Below are positions 43,261 to 53,301 of a stretch of DNA of 64,000 nucleotides, piece by piece. The stretch comes from Candidatus Spongiisociaceae bacterium (GTDB lineage Bacteria; Actinomycetota; Acidimicrobiia; Spongiisociales; Spongiisociaceae), in assembly GCA_965262915.1 (NCBI GenBank), contig OZ253564.1, forward strand, positions 4,096,001 to 4,160,000, read 5' to 3'. The notes beneath the pieces are model-generated. The model did not search any database, had not been told where the DNA came from, and saw only the letters and a program-made list of their open reading frames with translations. The translations under genes were made by a program, and so were the position numbers. The number at the start of each line of letters is the position of its first letter. Positions within the stretch are counted from its first letter, which is position 1.

Positions 43261-44832
43261 ATGGCACATCCACAGCTCGAGATATACGACACCACCCTAC
43301 GCGACGGCGCCCAGCAGGAGGGCATATCCCTGACCGTCTCCGACAAGCTCCGCATCGCAGCCCTTCTCGACGAGCTCGGGGTCGCCTATGTAGAAGGCGG
43401 CTGGCCGGGCGCCAACCCCAAGGACAGCGAGTTCTTCAAGCGAGCCCGCTCGGAACTGGACCTCAGGACAGCTTCGCTGACGGCCTTCTCCTCGACCCGA
43501 CGACCCCGCGGGGTCGTCGAAGGGGATCCCCAGATGCTCAACCTGCTGGAGGCCGAGACCGAGGTGGTGTGCATCGTCGGCAAGGCGTGGGACTACCACG
43601 TCAGGGAGGCACTGCGAACCGACCTCGACGAGGGAGTCGCAATGGTGGCCGAGTCGGTCGCCTACCTGGCCCGCCACGGTCGGCGGGTGTTCTTCGACGC
43701 CGAGCACTTCTTCGACGGCTACGCCGCCAATCCCCGCTTCTCGCTGGCCGTGCTGCGGGCGGCCTACGAGGAGGGGGCCGACCGGCTGGTGCTGTGCGAT
43801 ACCAACGGGGGGCGCCTCGGTCCGGAGATAACCGGCACGGTGCGGCGGGTTCAGGAGGCTCTTCCCGACGCGGAGCTCGGAGTGCATTTCCACAACGACG
43901 CCGGATGCGCGGTGTCGTCGTCGCTGGCTGCCGTGGACCTCGGGGTACGTCAGGTGCAGGGGTGCATCAACGGTTACGGGGAACGCACCGGCAACGCCGA
44001 CCTCTCGACCATCCTCCCCGACCTGGTGCTCAAGATGGGAGTTACGGTGCTCGACCCCGTGCGGCTGGAGAACCTGTCGCCTATCGCCCACCATATCGCC
44101 GAGATCGTCAACATCAGCCTCGATCCCCATAGCCCCTACGTGGGCACATCGGCTTTCACCCACAAGGCGGGCCTCCACACCTCCGCCCTGGCTCGACGGC
44201 CCGACGCCTACGAGCACCAGGACCCGACCGTGGTCGGCAACCGGACCCGGATGGTCGTCTCCGAGCTGTCCGGCAAGGCAACCATCCTCTCGAAGGCCCG
44301 GGACCTGGGGGTCCGGCTGACGGACCGTCAAGCCATCGAGGTACTCGACGAGATCAAACACATGGAGCACCGCGGCTACCACTTCGAAGCGGCCGACGGC
44401 TCCTTCGAGCTGATGCTGCGGCGAGCCACCGGATGGACGCACGATTACTTCGAACTGGAGTCCTTCCGTGTGTTCACCGAGCGCCGGGCCGATGCCGAGA
44501 TCCTGGCCGAAGCAACCGTGCGGCTGGTCATCCGAGGAGTGAGGACCATCACGACCGGGGAGGGAAACGGTCCGGTCAACGCTCTCGACCATGCTCTGAG
44601 GGATGCTCTGCTCGCGCACTTCCCGGAACTGGCCGCCCTGCGGCTCACCAACTACCGGGTGAGGGTGCTCGACGCAACCGAATCGACGGCCGCAACCGTT
44701 CGCGTGTTCATCGAGATGAGCGATGGCGTGACCGCCTGGGGCACCATCGGGGTTCACGCCAACGTCATCGAAGCCTCCTGGGAGGCCTTGGAAGACGGGA
44801 TCGTGCTCGGCCTGCTCCGAGCCGGGGCGTAA
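43261..44832 (+). CDS. cimA: citramalate synthase
   Basis: YDTTLRDGAQ.EG, EGGWPGANPKD, DAEHFFDG, H.HND, GYGERTGN, FEAADGSFEL. Confidence 0.93.
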   Translation: MAHPQLEIYDTTLRDGAQQEGISLTVSDKLRIAALLDELGVAYVEGGWPGANPKDSEFFKRARSELDLRTASLTAFSSTRRPRGVVEGDPQMLNLLEAETEVVCIVGKAWDYHVREALRTDLDEGVAMVAESVAYLARHGRRVFFDAEHFFDGYAANPRFSLAVLRAAYEEGADRLVLCDTNGGRLGPEITGTVRRVQEALPDAELGVHFHNDAGCAVSSSLAAVDLGVRQVQGCINGYGERTGNADLSTILPDLVLKMGVTVLDPVRLENLSPIAHHIAEIVNISLDPHSPYVGTSAFTHKAGLHTSALARRPDAYEHQDPTVVGNRTRMVVSELSGKATILSKARDLGVRLTDRQAIEVLDEIKHMEHRGYHFEAADGSFELMLRRATGWTHDYFELESFRVFTERRADAEILAEATVRLVIRGVRTITTGEGNGPVNALDHALRDALLAHFPELAALRLTNYRVRVLDATESTAATVRVFIEMSDGVTAWGTIGVHANVIEASWEALEDGIVLGLLRAGA

Positions 44833-44901
44833 GCCGGTGCCGGTGGGTCGACGGCTAACGTCTCCGGTCAACATGGACCGAACCCACCGAGGACCGTCGC
44901 G

Positions 44902-45675
44902 GTGAGTGCGGGCCCCGCGGTTCCCGAGTCACTACTCGAGGAGGCCGGCGATCTGGCCCGGCGGGCCGGGCATCTCACCCTGGAGTGGTACCGGCCGTCC
45001 GTCGAGGTGGTGATCAAACGGGACGGAAGCCCGGTGACCGAGGCCGACCGGGCAGCCGAGCACCTGCTCCGGCGTGAACTCACGGAGCGCTACCCACGGG
45101 ACGCGATCATCGGCGAGGAACTCGGGCAGTCCGGTGGCGACTCGGGCCGGACCTGGTTCATCGATCCGATAGACGGGACCCAGTCGTTCATCCGGGGCGT
45201 CCCGCTGTTCGCCACCCTGCTGGCCCTGGAAGACACCCACGGGATCGCCATAGGCGTGATCGACCTCCCGGCATTGGGCGAGACGGTCACCGCCGGCCGG
45301 GGTCAGGGGTGCTTCCTCAACGGGCGCGCCATATCCGTCAGCGACCGGAACGAACTCGAGGGGTCCGTCCTGTGTACCAGCGGCTACGATCTCATCCCCG
45401 TGGATGTGGCCGAGCGCCTCTACCGCAGCCCGCTCATCCTCCGTGGTTGGGGCGATGCCTACGGCTATGCGCTGGTAGCGGCGGGCCGCATCGAAGCCAT
45501 GCTCGATCCGGTGGTGAAACCCTGGGATATCGCTCCGATGGCGGTGATCATCCCGGAAGCGGGCGGAACCTTCACCGACTGCCACGGCGAGCAGGACTTC
45601 CGGTCCGGTACAGGCTTGGCGACCAACGGATTGCTACACGACGGGATCCTGTCGATCGTCGGCGACCCCGCCTGA
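44902..45675 (+). CDS. hisN: histidinol-phosphatase / inositol monophosphatase family
   Basis: K.DGSPVTEADR, GEE, IDPIDGT.SF.RG, WDIA. Confidence 0.8.
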   Translation: MSAGPAVPESLLEEAGDLARRAGHLTLEWYRPSVEVVIKRDGSPVTEADRAAEHLLRRELTERYPRDAIIGEELGQSGGDSGRTWFIDPIDGTQSFIRGVPLFATLLALEDTHGIAIGVIDLPALGETVTAGRGQGCFLNGRAISVSDRNELEGSVLCTSGYDLIPVDVAERLYRSPLILRGWGDAYGYALVAAGRIEAMLDPVVKPWDIAPMAVIIPEAGGTFTDCHGEQDFRSGTGLATNGLLHDGILSIVGDPA

Positions 45676-45910
45676 CCGACAACCGATCGCTGGCCACCCT
45701 AGGAGGGCTTGCCCGCCACGGGCAAGGGCTGTCGGCGGGCCGGCTTGAGCTTGCCCTCAACCGGACCGGCATCTCACCGGCGGGTAGGAGCCGCTCGCCC
45801 CTGCGGTCCCCCGGACACTCGACCAGGAACCTCCCGACCGGTGGCTGCCCCAACCGGATCCTGATACCGCCCGGCCGCTCCACCAGCCACCGAACGGTAC
45901 GATCGCTTCC

Positions 45911-47215
45911 GTGGTACACGAAGCCGTGCTCCTGGGCGCCGGACAACGGGGTCGGCATGTCTACGGCGCCTACGCCTCGCGCAAACCGGACCGGCTACGT
46001 TTCGTTGCGGTCGCCGAACCGGACGACCAGCGGCGCCGGATCTTCGCAGAGGAACACGCCATCCCCACCTCCCGCCGGTTCGCCGACTGGCCCGAGATGC
46101 TGGATACCGAGCCGGCCCGCGCCTGGGTCATCGCCACACCCGACCGGCACCACGCAGCACCGGCCGTCGCCGCCCTGGGACAGGGTTTCGATGTGCTGCT
46201 CGAGAAACCGGGAGCCCATAGCCTGCGACAGTGCTCCAGGGTGCTGGAAGCCGCCCGACTCAGCTCCGGAAGCCTGACCGTCGGCCATGTGCTCCGCTAC
46301 ACCCCTTTCTTCACCACCCTGAACCGGTTGATCGGTTCGGGCCGTCTGGGCCGATTGATCACGGTCGAGCACCGGGAGGACATCGCTTACTGGCACATGG
46401 CCCACAGTTTCGTGCGCGGGAACTGGGCACGGGTCGGCGAGTCCACACCGATGATCGTCCAGAAGTGCTGCCACGACTTCGACATCCTTGCCTGGAACCT
46501 CGCTACCGCGGGCGAAGGTACACGGGTGACCGGAATGCAGTCCTTCGGCTCCATGATGCATTTCCGTCCCGAACATGCCCCGGCCGGAGCCGCTGCTAGA
46601 TGCACGGACCCCTGCCCCGTGGCGTCCACCTGCCCCTTCGATGCCAGTCGGCTCTACCTGGATCCGGTGCACACGGGTTGGCCTGTCCATGCGATCACCG
46701 ACGACCTGTCCCCGCAAGGACGAATACGCGCCCTTCGCGAAGGCCCTTACGGACGATGCGTCTACACGACCGGCTCGGATGTGGTCGATCACCAGACCGT
46801 GACGATGGAAACGTCCACGGGAGCGACCGCCGTCCTCGTGATGAACGGTCACGCCGCCCGCCAGGAACGGACGGCCCGGTACCACGGCACTCGAGGGTCG
46901 GTAGTCGCCACGTTCGGGAGCCGCCTGGCAATCGAGTTTACCGATCATCTGGGAGGCGCCACCCACCAGCTTCCAATATCTGCTGCCGGGGAAGGTCACG
47001 CCGGGGGCGATTCCGGCTTGATCGAAGCGTTTCTCGACTCGGTGGAAACAGGAGCGTCCTCGAAGACCTCGACCGAGACATGGTTCGAGAGCCACCTGCT
47101 CGCCTTTGCCGCGGAGCAGTCCCGGCTCACGAGTACAACCCTCAACATCGACCGCATGCGCTCCGACCTGGGGAACCCGAGCTTCGACTCTTCGACACCA
47201 ACCACCGGCCCCTGA
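45911..47215 (+). CDS. Gfo/Idh/MocA family oxidoreductase
   Basis: GAGQRG, IATPD..H, LEKP, HSFVRGNW, KCCHD.D, GH.GGD. Confidence 0.92.
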   Translation: MVHEAVLLGAGQRGRHVYGAYASRKPDRLRFVAVAEPDDQRRRIFAEEHAIPTSRRFADWPEMLDTEPARAWVIATPDRHHAAPAVAALGQGFDVLLEKPGAHSLRQCSRVLEAARLSSGSLTVGHVLRYTPFFTTLNRLIGSGRLGRLITVEHREDIAYWHMAHSFVRGNWARVGESTPMIVQKCCHDFDILAWNLATAGEGTRVTGMQSFGSMMHFRPEHAPAGAAARCTDPCPVASTCPFDASRLYLDPVHTGWPVHAITDDLSPQGRIRALREGPYGRCVYTTGSDVVDHQTVTMETSTGATAVLVMNGHAARQERTARYHGTRGSVVATFGSRLAIEFTDHLGGATHQLPISAAGEGHAGGDSGLIEAFLDSVETGASSKTSTETWFESHLLAFAAEQSRLTSTTLNIDRMRSDLGNPSFDSSTPTTGP

Positions 47216-47443
47216 TGGGGCATCGTCGGACCTTTGTATCCACCGATCCTGCCGGCCCGTAGTCGAAGTCGGCAACGCGGTGTCTTGTGTCATCTCGCGA
47301 GTTGCGGGGTTTGCAGGTAGTCGAGTTCCCATGTGTCTACCCGCTGAACCCACGGCTTCGGGAACTCAACACGAACCACAAGCACCAAGACCGGCGAACG
47401 ACCCGCTCGTCCCCCGCTGCCCAGCCGTCGGGCCCCGGTCAAA

Positions 47444-49375
47444 CCCGACTTTGGTGGGTGTTTTGTGTTTTGCCTGGTCAGGGGGGTTTGGTGGTGGCGT
47501 GTTTCCACTACATGGGCGGTGTGGGCGGCTGGTGGTGGGGTTAGGTGATCGTGGCTTTGTCCCAGGTGTGGGTGTCTGCTCCGATGGCGGTGAGGGTACG
47601 GGCTTGTAGGGGGCTGCGCCGGGTGGTGAGTGTGATTCGGCGGCCGTTGGCTGTGAGTTGGTGGCGGCGGATGCGGTTGAGGTCGCGCAGGGCTCGGGCG
47701 GCGGTGAGGTGTTGGTCGCCGAGGTCGGGGTCGCGGACGTCGGCTTGGGCGAGGGCGTGGTTGATGAGGGTCTCGATTAGGGCGGCGTAGACGCAGACAG
47801 CGACGTGGCCGCGGACTCGTTGTTCGGTCCAGTGCCGCACCGGGCGGAGCCGTAGGTGATCTTTGAGGACCCGGAAGCGGGCTTCGACTGCTTGCAGTTG
47901 GCGGTAGTAGTCCACGACTTGGGCGGTGTCAGCTTGGGTGGGTGTGAGGCTGGTAGCTAGCACGTAGCGGCCGGCGAGGAGTTCTTCGTATTGGTGGGCG
48001 TCTTCGTTGTAGTGGTATAGGAAGCGGCCCGCTCCGATGTCTGTGTCGAAGAGCCGTGCGGCGCCGCCGGAGGCGAGGATGCGCTGGGCGGCTGCCCCTA
48101 TTTTGGCGGGGTCTTTGAGCCTGCCTGCACGGACGCGGCCCTCCAGCGCCCGGAGTTTGGCTTCGGTGTCGGCGACGATCTGCGTTGTGCGGGCGGTGTC
48201 TCGCCGGGCGCGGGCGTCGGATTCGACCACGACCGCGCGGGTGCCGTCGTCGAGCGCCACATCGGCGGCGCGGCAGCGGCGCTGGGGGATTTGGACCCAG
48301 GCGGTGTCATCGTCGATGGCTTCGAGGGCTTCGACGCCGATGACGTCACGGCGCAGCTTTGTGGCCAATATGTGGTCGAACCCGGCGTCGGTGACCGCTT
48401 CTACATTGGCTACCGAGATCAGGCCCCGGTCGGCGACCACACAGATACGGCCCACCGCGAACCGCTCCGCCAAGTCGCCCAACACGGCGGCCAGGGTGGT
48501 GGCGTCGTTGGTGTTCCCCGAAAACACCCGATGGGCAATCGGGATACCGTCGGAGGTGCACAACAGGCCGATCACTATCTGGGGCCGATCCGCGCGATGG
48601 TCCCGCGAGTACCCGAACGCCCGGGAGGGGAAACGCCCCGAGGGCCGGGCCGAACCCTCGAAATACGTGGACGCCAGGTCGTAGCACACCACCCGCAAGT
48701 CCAGGTTCGTCAAGTCGCACAACCGCGCATACAGATGCGTCTCCGTCTCGTCTCCGGCGGCGGCGGCGACCGCATCCAAAGCCCGATAGTACTGGTCAAG
48801 CGACGGAGCCGACCAGCCCTCGGGCATGACCACATCCACCGCGGCCCACTCCACCAGCCGCCGCTTCGAGCACGGCGCCACCAACCTATTGGCCACCATC
48901 GCGAACACCGCATCCTCCAACACGGCGGCGCCCCGCCGGGCACCCACCGCAGCGAACCACCCGTCAAGACCCAGCCGCTGCCACACCGCCCACACCGCCG
49001 CTACCGCCCCCACCCCAGGCGCCCCTTCAGCTGCCAACGCCCCGACATCGACACGTTCACGCCGTAGATGACGCTCCAAGGCAGCCACGATCCGTTCCAG
49101 CTGCCCGGACTCGCGCAAAGCGGTCACCTCCCCCAGGCGCAGAAGCGTGCGATGCCCAACCTTCGAACCGTCGCGGACGGACTCCACCAAAGACAAATAC
49201 TCGTACACCTTGTCGCCCCTGCGACGGCGGGTCGTCTTCACGAACATACCCCAGAACAATACCACTAACAGCACGGCCCACCAACCATATGTCGCCCCTA
49301 CAAATCCGCACCCAAACGGTGCCCTACACCACAAAACCCCAGGTCAGCGAACCAACCACTCCCGCCAAACTCGGG
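47444..49375 (-). mobile_element. IS1634-family insertion sequence
   Basis: Imperfect TIR CCCGACTTTGGTGGG / CCCGCCAAACTCGGG; 5-bp TSD TCAAA at 47439-47443 and 49376-49380. Confidence 0.92.
47541..49247 (-). CDS. IS1634 family transposase
   Basis: YDLASTYFEG, GYSRDHR.D..Q, GNTND, VADRGL, VEARFR.LK, RPVRHW. Confidence 0.93.
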   Translation of the reverse strand: MFVKTTRRRRGDKVYEYLSLVESVRDGSKVGHRTLLRLGEVTALRESGQLERIVAALERHLRRERVDVGALAAEGAPGVGAVAAVWAVWQRLGLDGWFAAVGARRGAAVLEDAVFAMVANRLVAPCSKRRLVEWAAVDVVMPEGWSAPSLDQYYRALDAVAAAAGDETETHLYARLCDLTNLDLRVVCYDLASTYFEGSARPSGRFPSRAFGYSRDHRADRPQIVIGLLCTSDGIPIAHRVFSGNTNDATTLAAVLGDLAERFAVGRICVVADRGLISVANVEAVTDAGFDHILATKLRRDVIGVEALEAIDDDTAWVQIPQRRCRAADVALDDGTRAVVVESDARARRDTARTTQIVADTEAKLRALEGRVRAGRLKDPAKIGAAAQRILASGGAARLFDTDIGAGRFLYHYNEDAHQYEELLAGRYVLATSLTPTQADTAQVVDYYRQLQAVEARFRVLKDHLRLRPVRHWTEQRVRGHVAVCVYAALIETLINHALAQADVRDPDLGDQHLTAARALRDLNRIRRHQLTANGRRITLTTRRSPLQARTLTAIGADTHTWDKATIT

Positions 49376-49553
49376 TCAAAGCAGCTACCGACAACACCCC
49401 GGATGCCGAGCCCTCAACAGTCAGGCACCGGTTTCCGCATCAACATCGCGAAGATGCCGGGGTCGCAAAGGCCCCAGCCTCGGCCCGTGGTCAACACTCT
49501 GAACGGTTGCGGGGACCCGCATTACCAACTCGCTCGATCAAGAAGACCTCATC

Positions 49554-50935
49554 CTACGAGGGGTTTGATGATGATGACGTCGTCGTGGATGAGGGTGTCG
49601 TGAACGTTTCGATGTCTGTCCACTCCGAGTAGCCAGCGGTGTTCCAAGCCTGAACCTGCACCGTGAACTCCGTGCCGAAAGTGGCAGCCATATACGTGAT
49701 CTCGAACTCGGTTTCACCTTCGTAACTGTACGTATAGTATCCTGCCGTCGAACCATCGGAGCGTGTCGACCTCAGTAACAGGTAGTAACGGTATACCTCA
49801 CCGCCCGTCTCCGCAGCATCCCACGTTATCAACCACCTGTCCCCGTCCTGTTCCAAAGCAACGTTCGCGGGTGTCTCGGGCAGCCCACCCACCGGTGGAG
49901 GCAACTCCGTCGTCTTGTCGGGTCCCTGGTACACCGCACCCGACTCGACGAGGAAGTCCCGCAGCTCGTTGGCGTCATCAACCAGATCCGGCAGGTCGCT
50001 GTCCTCACCTATCCGCCCGTCATACTCATCGTCCCTTTCGACTGCGGCCGCTTTGATCTTGGTCACCAGCTCCACCAAAGGTATGTCAAGGTTGTTCCGC
50101 TGCTCCTCGGTCCGTGCGTATTCGATGTCGGATGCGACCGCCCTGACCGCACCCTGGTCGGGCCGCTGAACGAACCACACATCCGCGGTTCCAAAGTTAC
50201 CGCCCCATGCCTCCACCGCGATCGTGAAACTCGGTTCCAGGAACAACACAACCTCGTTGCCCTCGTAAACCGCCGCGGTCCTCCCTTCCGGGTCGCGGAC
50301 AATGTTGGTGAGCCAGCCGTCCTTCCAGTTGTCCCAATCCTCAAGCTGGTCCTCACTGATAATCAACCCTTCACGGTGCAACTCGACTGTCAGTTCGGAT
50401 GGCCCCGTTCCTACTATGTACTCGTTCACCCTCACATTCACATAACAGCTGTACCAGTACCTACTGGAAGATGCTGAGATCTCGGCATGATCCGCCAGGA
50501 TCAGCGGATACAAGCCACATCGGGTAGTATCCTCCAACACAGTGGCCCGAACCACAATATGGGTAATCGTCAGCGGGTCATAGCCCATGACGGCATCGGA
50601 AACCGTCGGTGGATCATCCTCGGTCGGCAGAGCGGCAGAGAAGCGGGGGTGGACAGTACTGCAACCCGCTGGGGTGTCGTCCTAGCACACGGATCATGGG
50701 AGCTTCCCCCTAACGGAACACAAGGAGGGATCACCTTCTCAAGATACGACACCGGAACAAGGAACACCTCTTCCGGCTCCCGCGGGCCTACGACCTGATC
50801 CTCAATGGCTCCCTGTGTAGCCTCTGGTACGGAGAGGGTAGTGTCAGCCGGGTCCCTGTCTACGGTCGCCTCGCCACAGGCTGACACAACAAACACAACC
50901 ATGACCCCGCACATCCACCGGTAGATCCGTCTCAT
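49554..50935 (-). pseudogene. frameshifted lipoprotein with a C-terminal fibronectin type III domain
   Basis: Lipobox VSAC in ORF 50570-50935; the frame shift near 50627 joins ORF 49554-50588; PETP.NV...W...Y...V.VQAWN..GYSEW FN3 pattern. Confidence 0.75.
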
Positions 50936-50950
50936 CCGGCTCCTCCTTGT

Positions 50951-51317
50951 TCAGCGTAACTGGTAGATGGCTTTGGTTGCTGCTATGTCATGAGCGGTCG
51001 GCTCAAAATTGTCGTACATGCTACTTGACATCACGCTCGGCCAGAGACCATACGAGCTGCTGGTGGGGGTACTGTAAGTATCGAATAGCCAGAAGGCGTG
51101 GCCCATTTCATGCATAGCAACCACGTACGCCGCCGTACATGTAGCCGTCGTGAGTTCGTTCTCGTAGTCTAAGTTCTTGGTGAGGATTATTTTCGTAGAC
51201 CGGATAGGTACGGTATTAGGCGGCCAATTACTAACACATCCAGGGACACTAAGCTGGCCACAATGCTTGGTGGATACATGATCGGTCTTCCAATAAGAGG
51301 GTGCGCGGATAGGTGCT
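50951..51317 (-). pseudogene. 5'-truncated zinc metalloprotease (metzincin-like), not in the ORF track
   Basis: Open frame ...YVVAMHEMGHAFWL...PSVMS...EPTAHDIAATKAIYQLR*; upstream in-frame TGA near 51318 and no plausible full-length start. Confidence 0.65.
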
Positions 51318-51612
51318 CACGTGGGGACACAGTGACTGCGACGGTCGACGACCCTGAGGTATAACCAGCAGTTTCTCCGCGTGGGAACTGCCTAGGAGTT
51401 ACGGATAGGGGTGGTCGCGTCCGCCTATCCGCGCACCCTCTAACTAGGCGGCATTAGCTGGCCACAATGCTTGGTGGATACTCCCACAACCATAACCAGC
51501 AGTTTCTCCGCGTGGGAACTGCCTAGGATACGATCCGCGGCATTATCTCCCAACCAATCGAGGCTAACCGGGGAGGTTCACACTGGACTCCGGGGAGGTT
51601 CACACTGGACTC
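51252..51612. repeat. cluster of interleaved direct, inverted and tandem repeats
   Basis: 26-bp DR 51252/51456; 37-bp DR 51361/51492; 18-bp IR 51296/51424; 22-bp tandem 51569/51591. Confidence 0.85.
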
Positions 51613-52147
51613 AGTATCCGCCCAATCCGAGCAGGTACCGGACCATCCGGGCGGTGGCGCCCCAGAGGACATCGCCATCGATGTCGAAGAAGTAGACCGC
51701 TCGGCCGTTCCATTGCTCGCTACGCCAGCGTGATTCTTCCTCGAGGAGCCTGATGGAGGGCGTGAGGATCCGATCCACCTCGTTGGGATCGGGTACCAGA
51801 TCGGGAACACCGTCCAACCGTCCCACAACCGGGACCACCATGCGTGGATAGGTGACGGTGTGGATGGCGGGCAGATAGCCGAGGACTTCCACGCCTTCCG
51901 GGTCGATCCCCACCTCTTCACGGGCCTCGCGCAGCGCAGTCTCGAGCGGGCCCTCGCCCGGTTCGGGCTTCCCTCCGGGGAAAGCGACATCCCCGCCGTG
52001 GGTCGGCATGTGAACGGGCCGCCTGATCATAACCAGCCGGATGTCGGGCCCGTCCTCGTAGAGCGGCGCGAGGACGGCAGCCCGCGGCACATCGCCACCG
52101 GGTGGCGGCTCCGGAAGGAGCCGCGGGAAGTTCCAAGGGTTATTCAT
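51611..52147 (-). CDS. Nudix hydrolase, CoA pyrophosphatase family
   Basis: AAVL.P, H.G.VAFPGG...TALREAREEVG, PNEV, WGATA. Confidence 0.92.
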   Translation of the reverse strand: MNNPWNFPRLLPEPPPGGDVPRAAVLAPLYEDGPDIRLVMIRRPVHMPTHGGDVAFPGGKPEPGEGPLETALREAREEVGIDPEGVEVLGYLPAIHTVTYPRMVVPVVGRLDGVPDLVPDPNEVDRILTPSIRLLEEESRWRSEQWNGRAVYFFDIDGDVLWGATARMVRYLLGLGGY

Positions 52148-52234
52148 CGATCACGCATGGTACGCCAACCTGTCGACAGTGGTCCGCGCTCACGCTCGCC
52201 CTGGACCGGTCCGACCGGATAGGCTCGCCCTGAC

Positions 52235-52831
52235 ATGAACCGATCCGCGCGGGAACCGCTGTCTCTTATCGACCGCAAGACCGACCGTTTCGTGCTGCGC
52301 CCATTCCGGAGACGGGACATCGACGCGCTCTACCGGGCCGTCCGCGCCTCCCAGGCCGAGTTGGCCCGCTTCCTTCCGTGGGCCGCCAGAACCTATACGA
52401 GAGCCAGCGCCGCCATTTTCGTAAAGGAGAGCATCCAGTCCTGGCGCGAGGCCAGAGCATACGACTTCGCCATCCGCCGCCCCGACATCCGCGGCCGCCA
52501 CATCGGCAACGTGAGCATCTGGCACGTATCCCGAACCTTCCGCAGCGGAGAGATCGGCTACTGGATCCGCACCGAGGAGACCGGCCTGGGTATAGCTACC
52601 GAGGTGACCAGGGCAGCCCTGCAGATCGGTTTCGAGGAACTGAACATGCACCGTCTGATCCTCCGCATAGCACTGGGCAACTCCCCCAGCGAGCGCATAG
52701 CGCGCAAGCTCGGCTTCGTTCGCGAAGGAGTGCTACGCGAGGAGATCAAGGTAGGAGATCGCTGGCTCGACCACTCCGTATGGGGCCTGCTCGACCATGA
52801 GTACCGCCGTAACAACGGCGCCAAGCCATGA
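52235..52831 (+). CDS. GNAT N-acetyltransferase, RimJ/RimL family
   Basis: GEIGYWI...G.G.ATE, N..S..IARKLGF.REG.LRE. Confidence 0.9.
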   Translation: MNRSAREPLSLIDRKTDRFVLRPFRRRDIDALYRAVRASQAELARFLPWAARTYTRASAAIFVKESIQSWREARAYDFAIRRPDIRGRHIGNVSIWHVSRTFRSGEIGYWIRTEETGLGIATEVTRAALQIGFEELNMHRLILRIALGNSPSERIARKLGFVREGVLREEIKVGDRWLDHSVWGLLDHEYRRNNGAKP

Positions 52832-52866
52832 GCCCGGTCGCAGAGAGTCGATTCGATCGTCTGTGT

Positions 52867-53082
52867 CTAGCTAGGCTGCTCCGCCAGGTTGTTCGTCTCG
52901 ACCGGGTAGCTGCGAACGTGAGCCAATATCTCGCTCCGGAAGAACTTGAAGGTCCTCCCGCCCGGGAGGCGGTAGGCCGGGAGCCGTCCCTCCCGGGCAT
53001 ACTTCCGCACCATCTGTACGTTCATGTCCAAAAGGTCAGCCACCTCTTGGGCGCCGAGGATTACATCGTCTTCGGGTGCCAT
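52867..53082 (-). CDS. HTH_17 / excisionase-like (BldC-like) DNA-binding protein
   Basis: LGAQEVADLL...VRKYAREGRLPAYRLPGG...F.RSEI. Confidence 0.85.
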   Translation of the reverse strand: MAPEDDVILGAQEVADLLDMNVQMVRKYAREGRLPAYRLPGGRTFKFFRSEILAHVRSYPVETNNLAEQPS

Positions 53083-53301
53083 CTCACTTCCCCTTTCCGC
53101 AGGTCCAACCCTGCCTACCGGTATCTGAACCAGTTCGGGCCGATTCCTTCACCGCCGCCGCACACGGGGACGGTGCTTCAAGGACCACCCTCGACGGATA
53201 GCCCGACCTCTACGCGAACCAAGAATAGTTTACCTTACTTCTCGGCTGTCCGAACAGATGCTCGATGGAATTCGCGCCACCTGGCGGGCAGACTGTAGCG
53301 G

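Noticed and set aside
47216-47443. Gene interrupted by IS1634
   Set aside because: Could not reconstruct a credible ORF across the TSD
51200-51530. Possible DGR template/variable repeat pair or mini-CRISPR
   Set aside because: The repeats are short exact blocks with no adenine-specific mismatches and no regular spacers; no reverse transcriptase or cas genes in the window
52867-53082. Excisionase marking an integrated element
   Set aside because: No adjacent integrase or att site; the context is housekeeping, so more likely a stand-alone regulator
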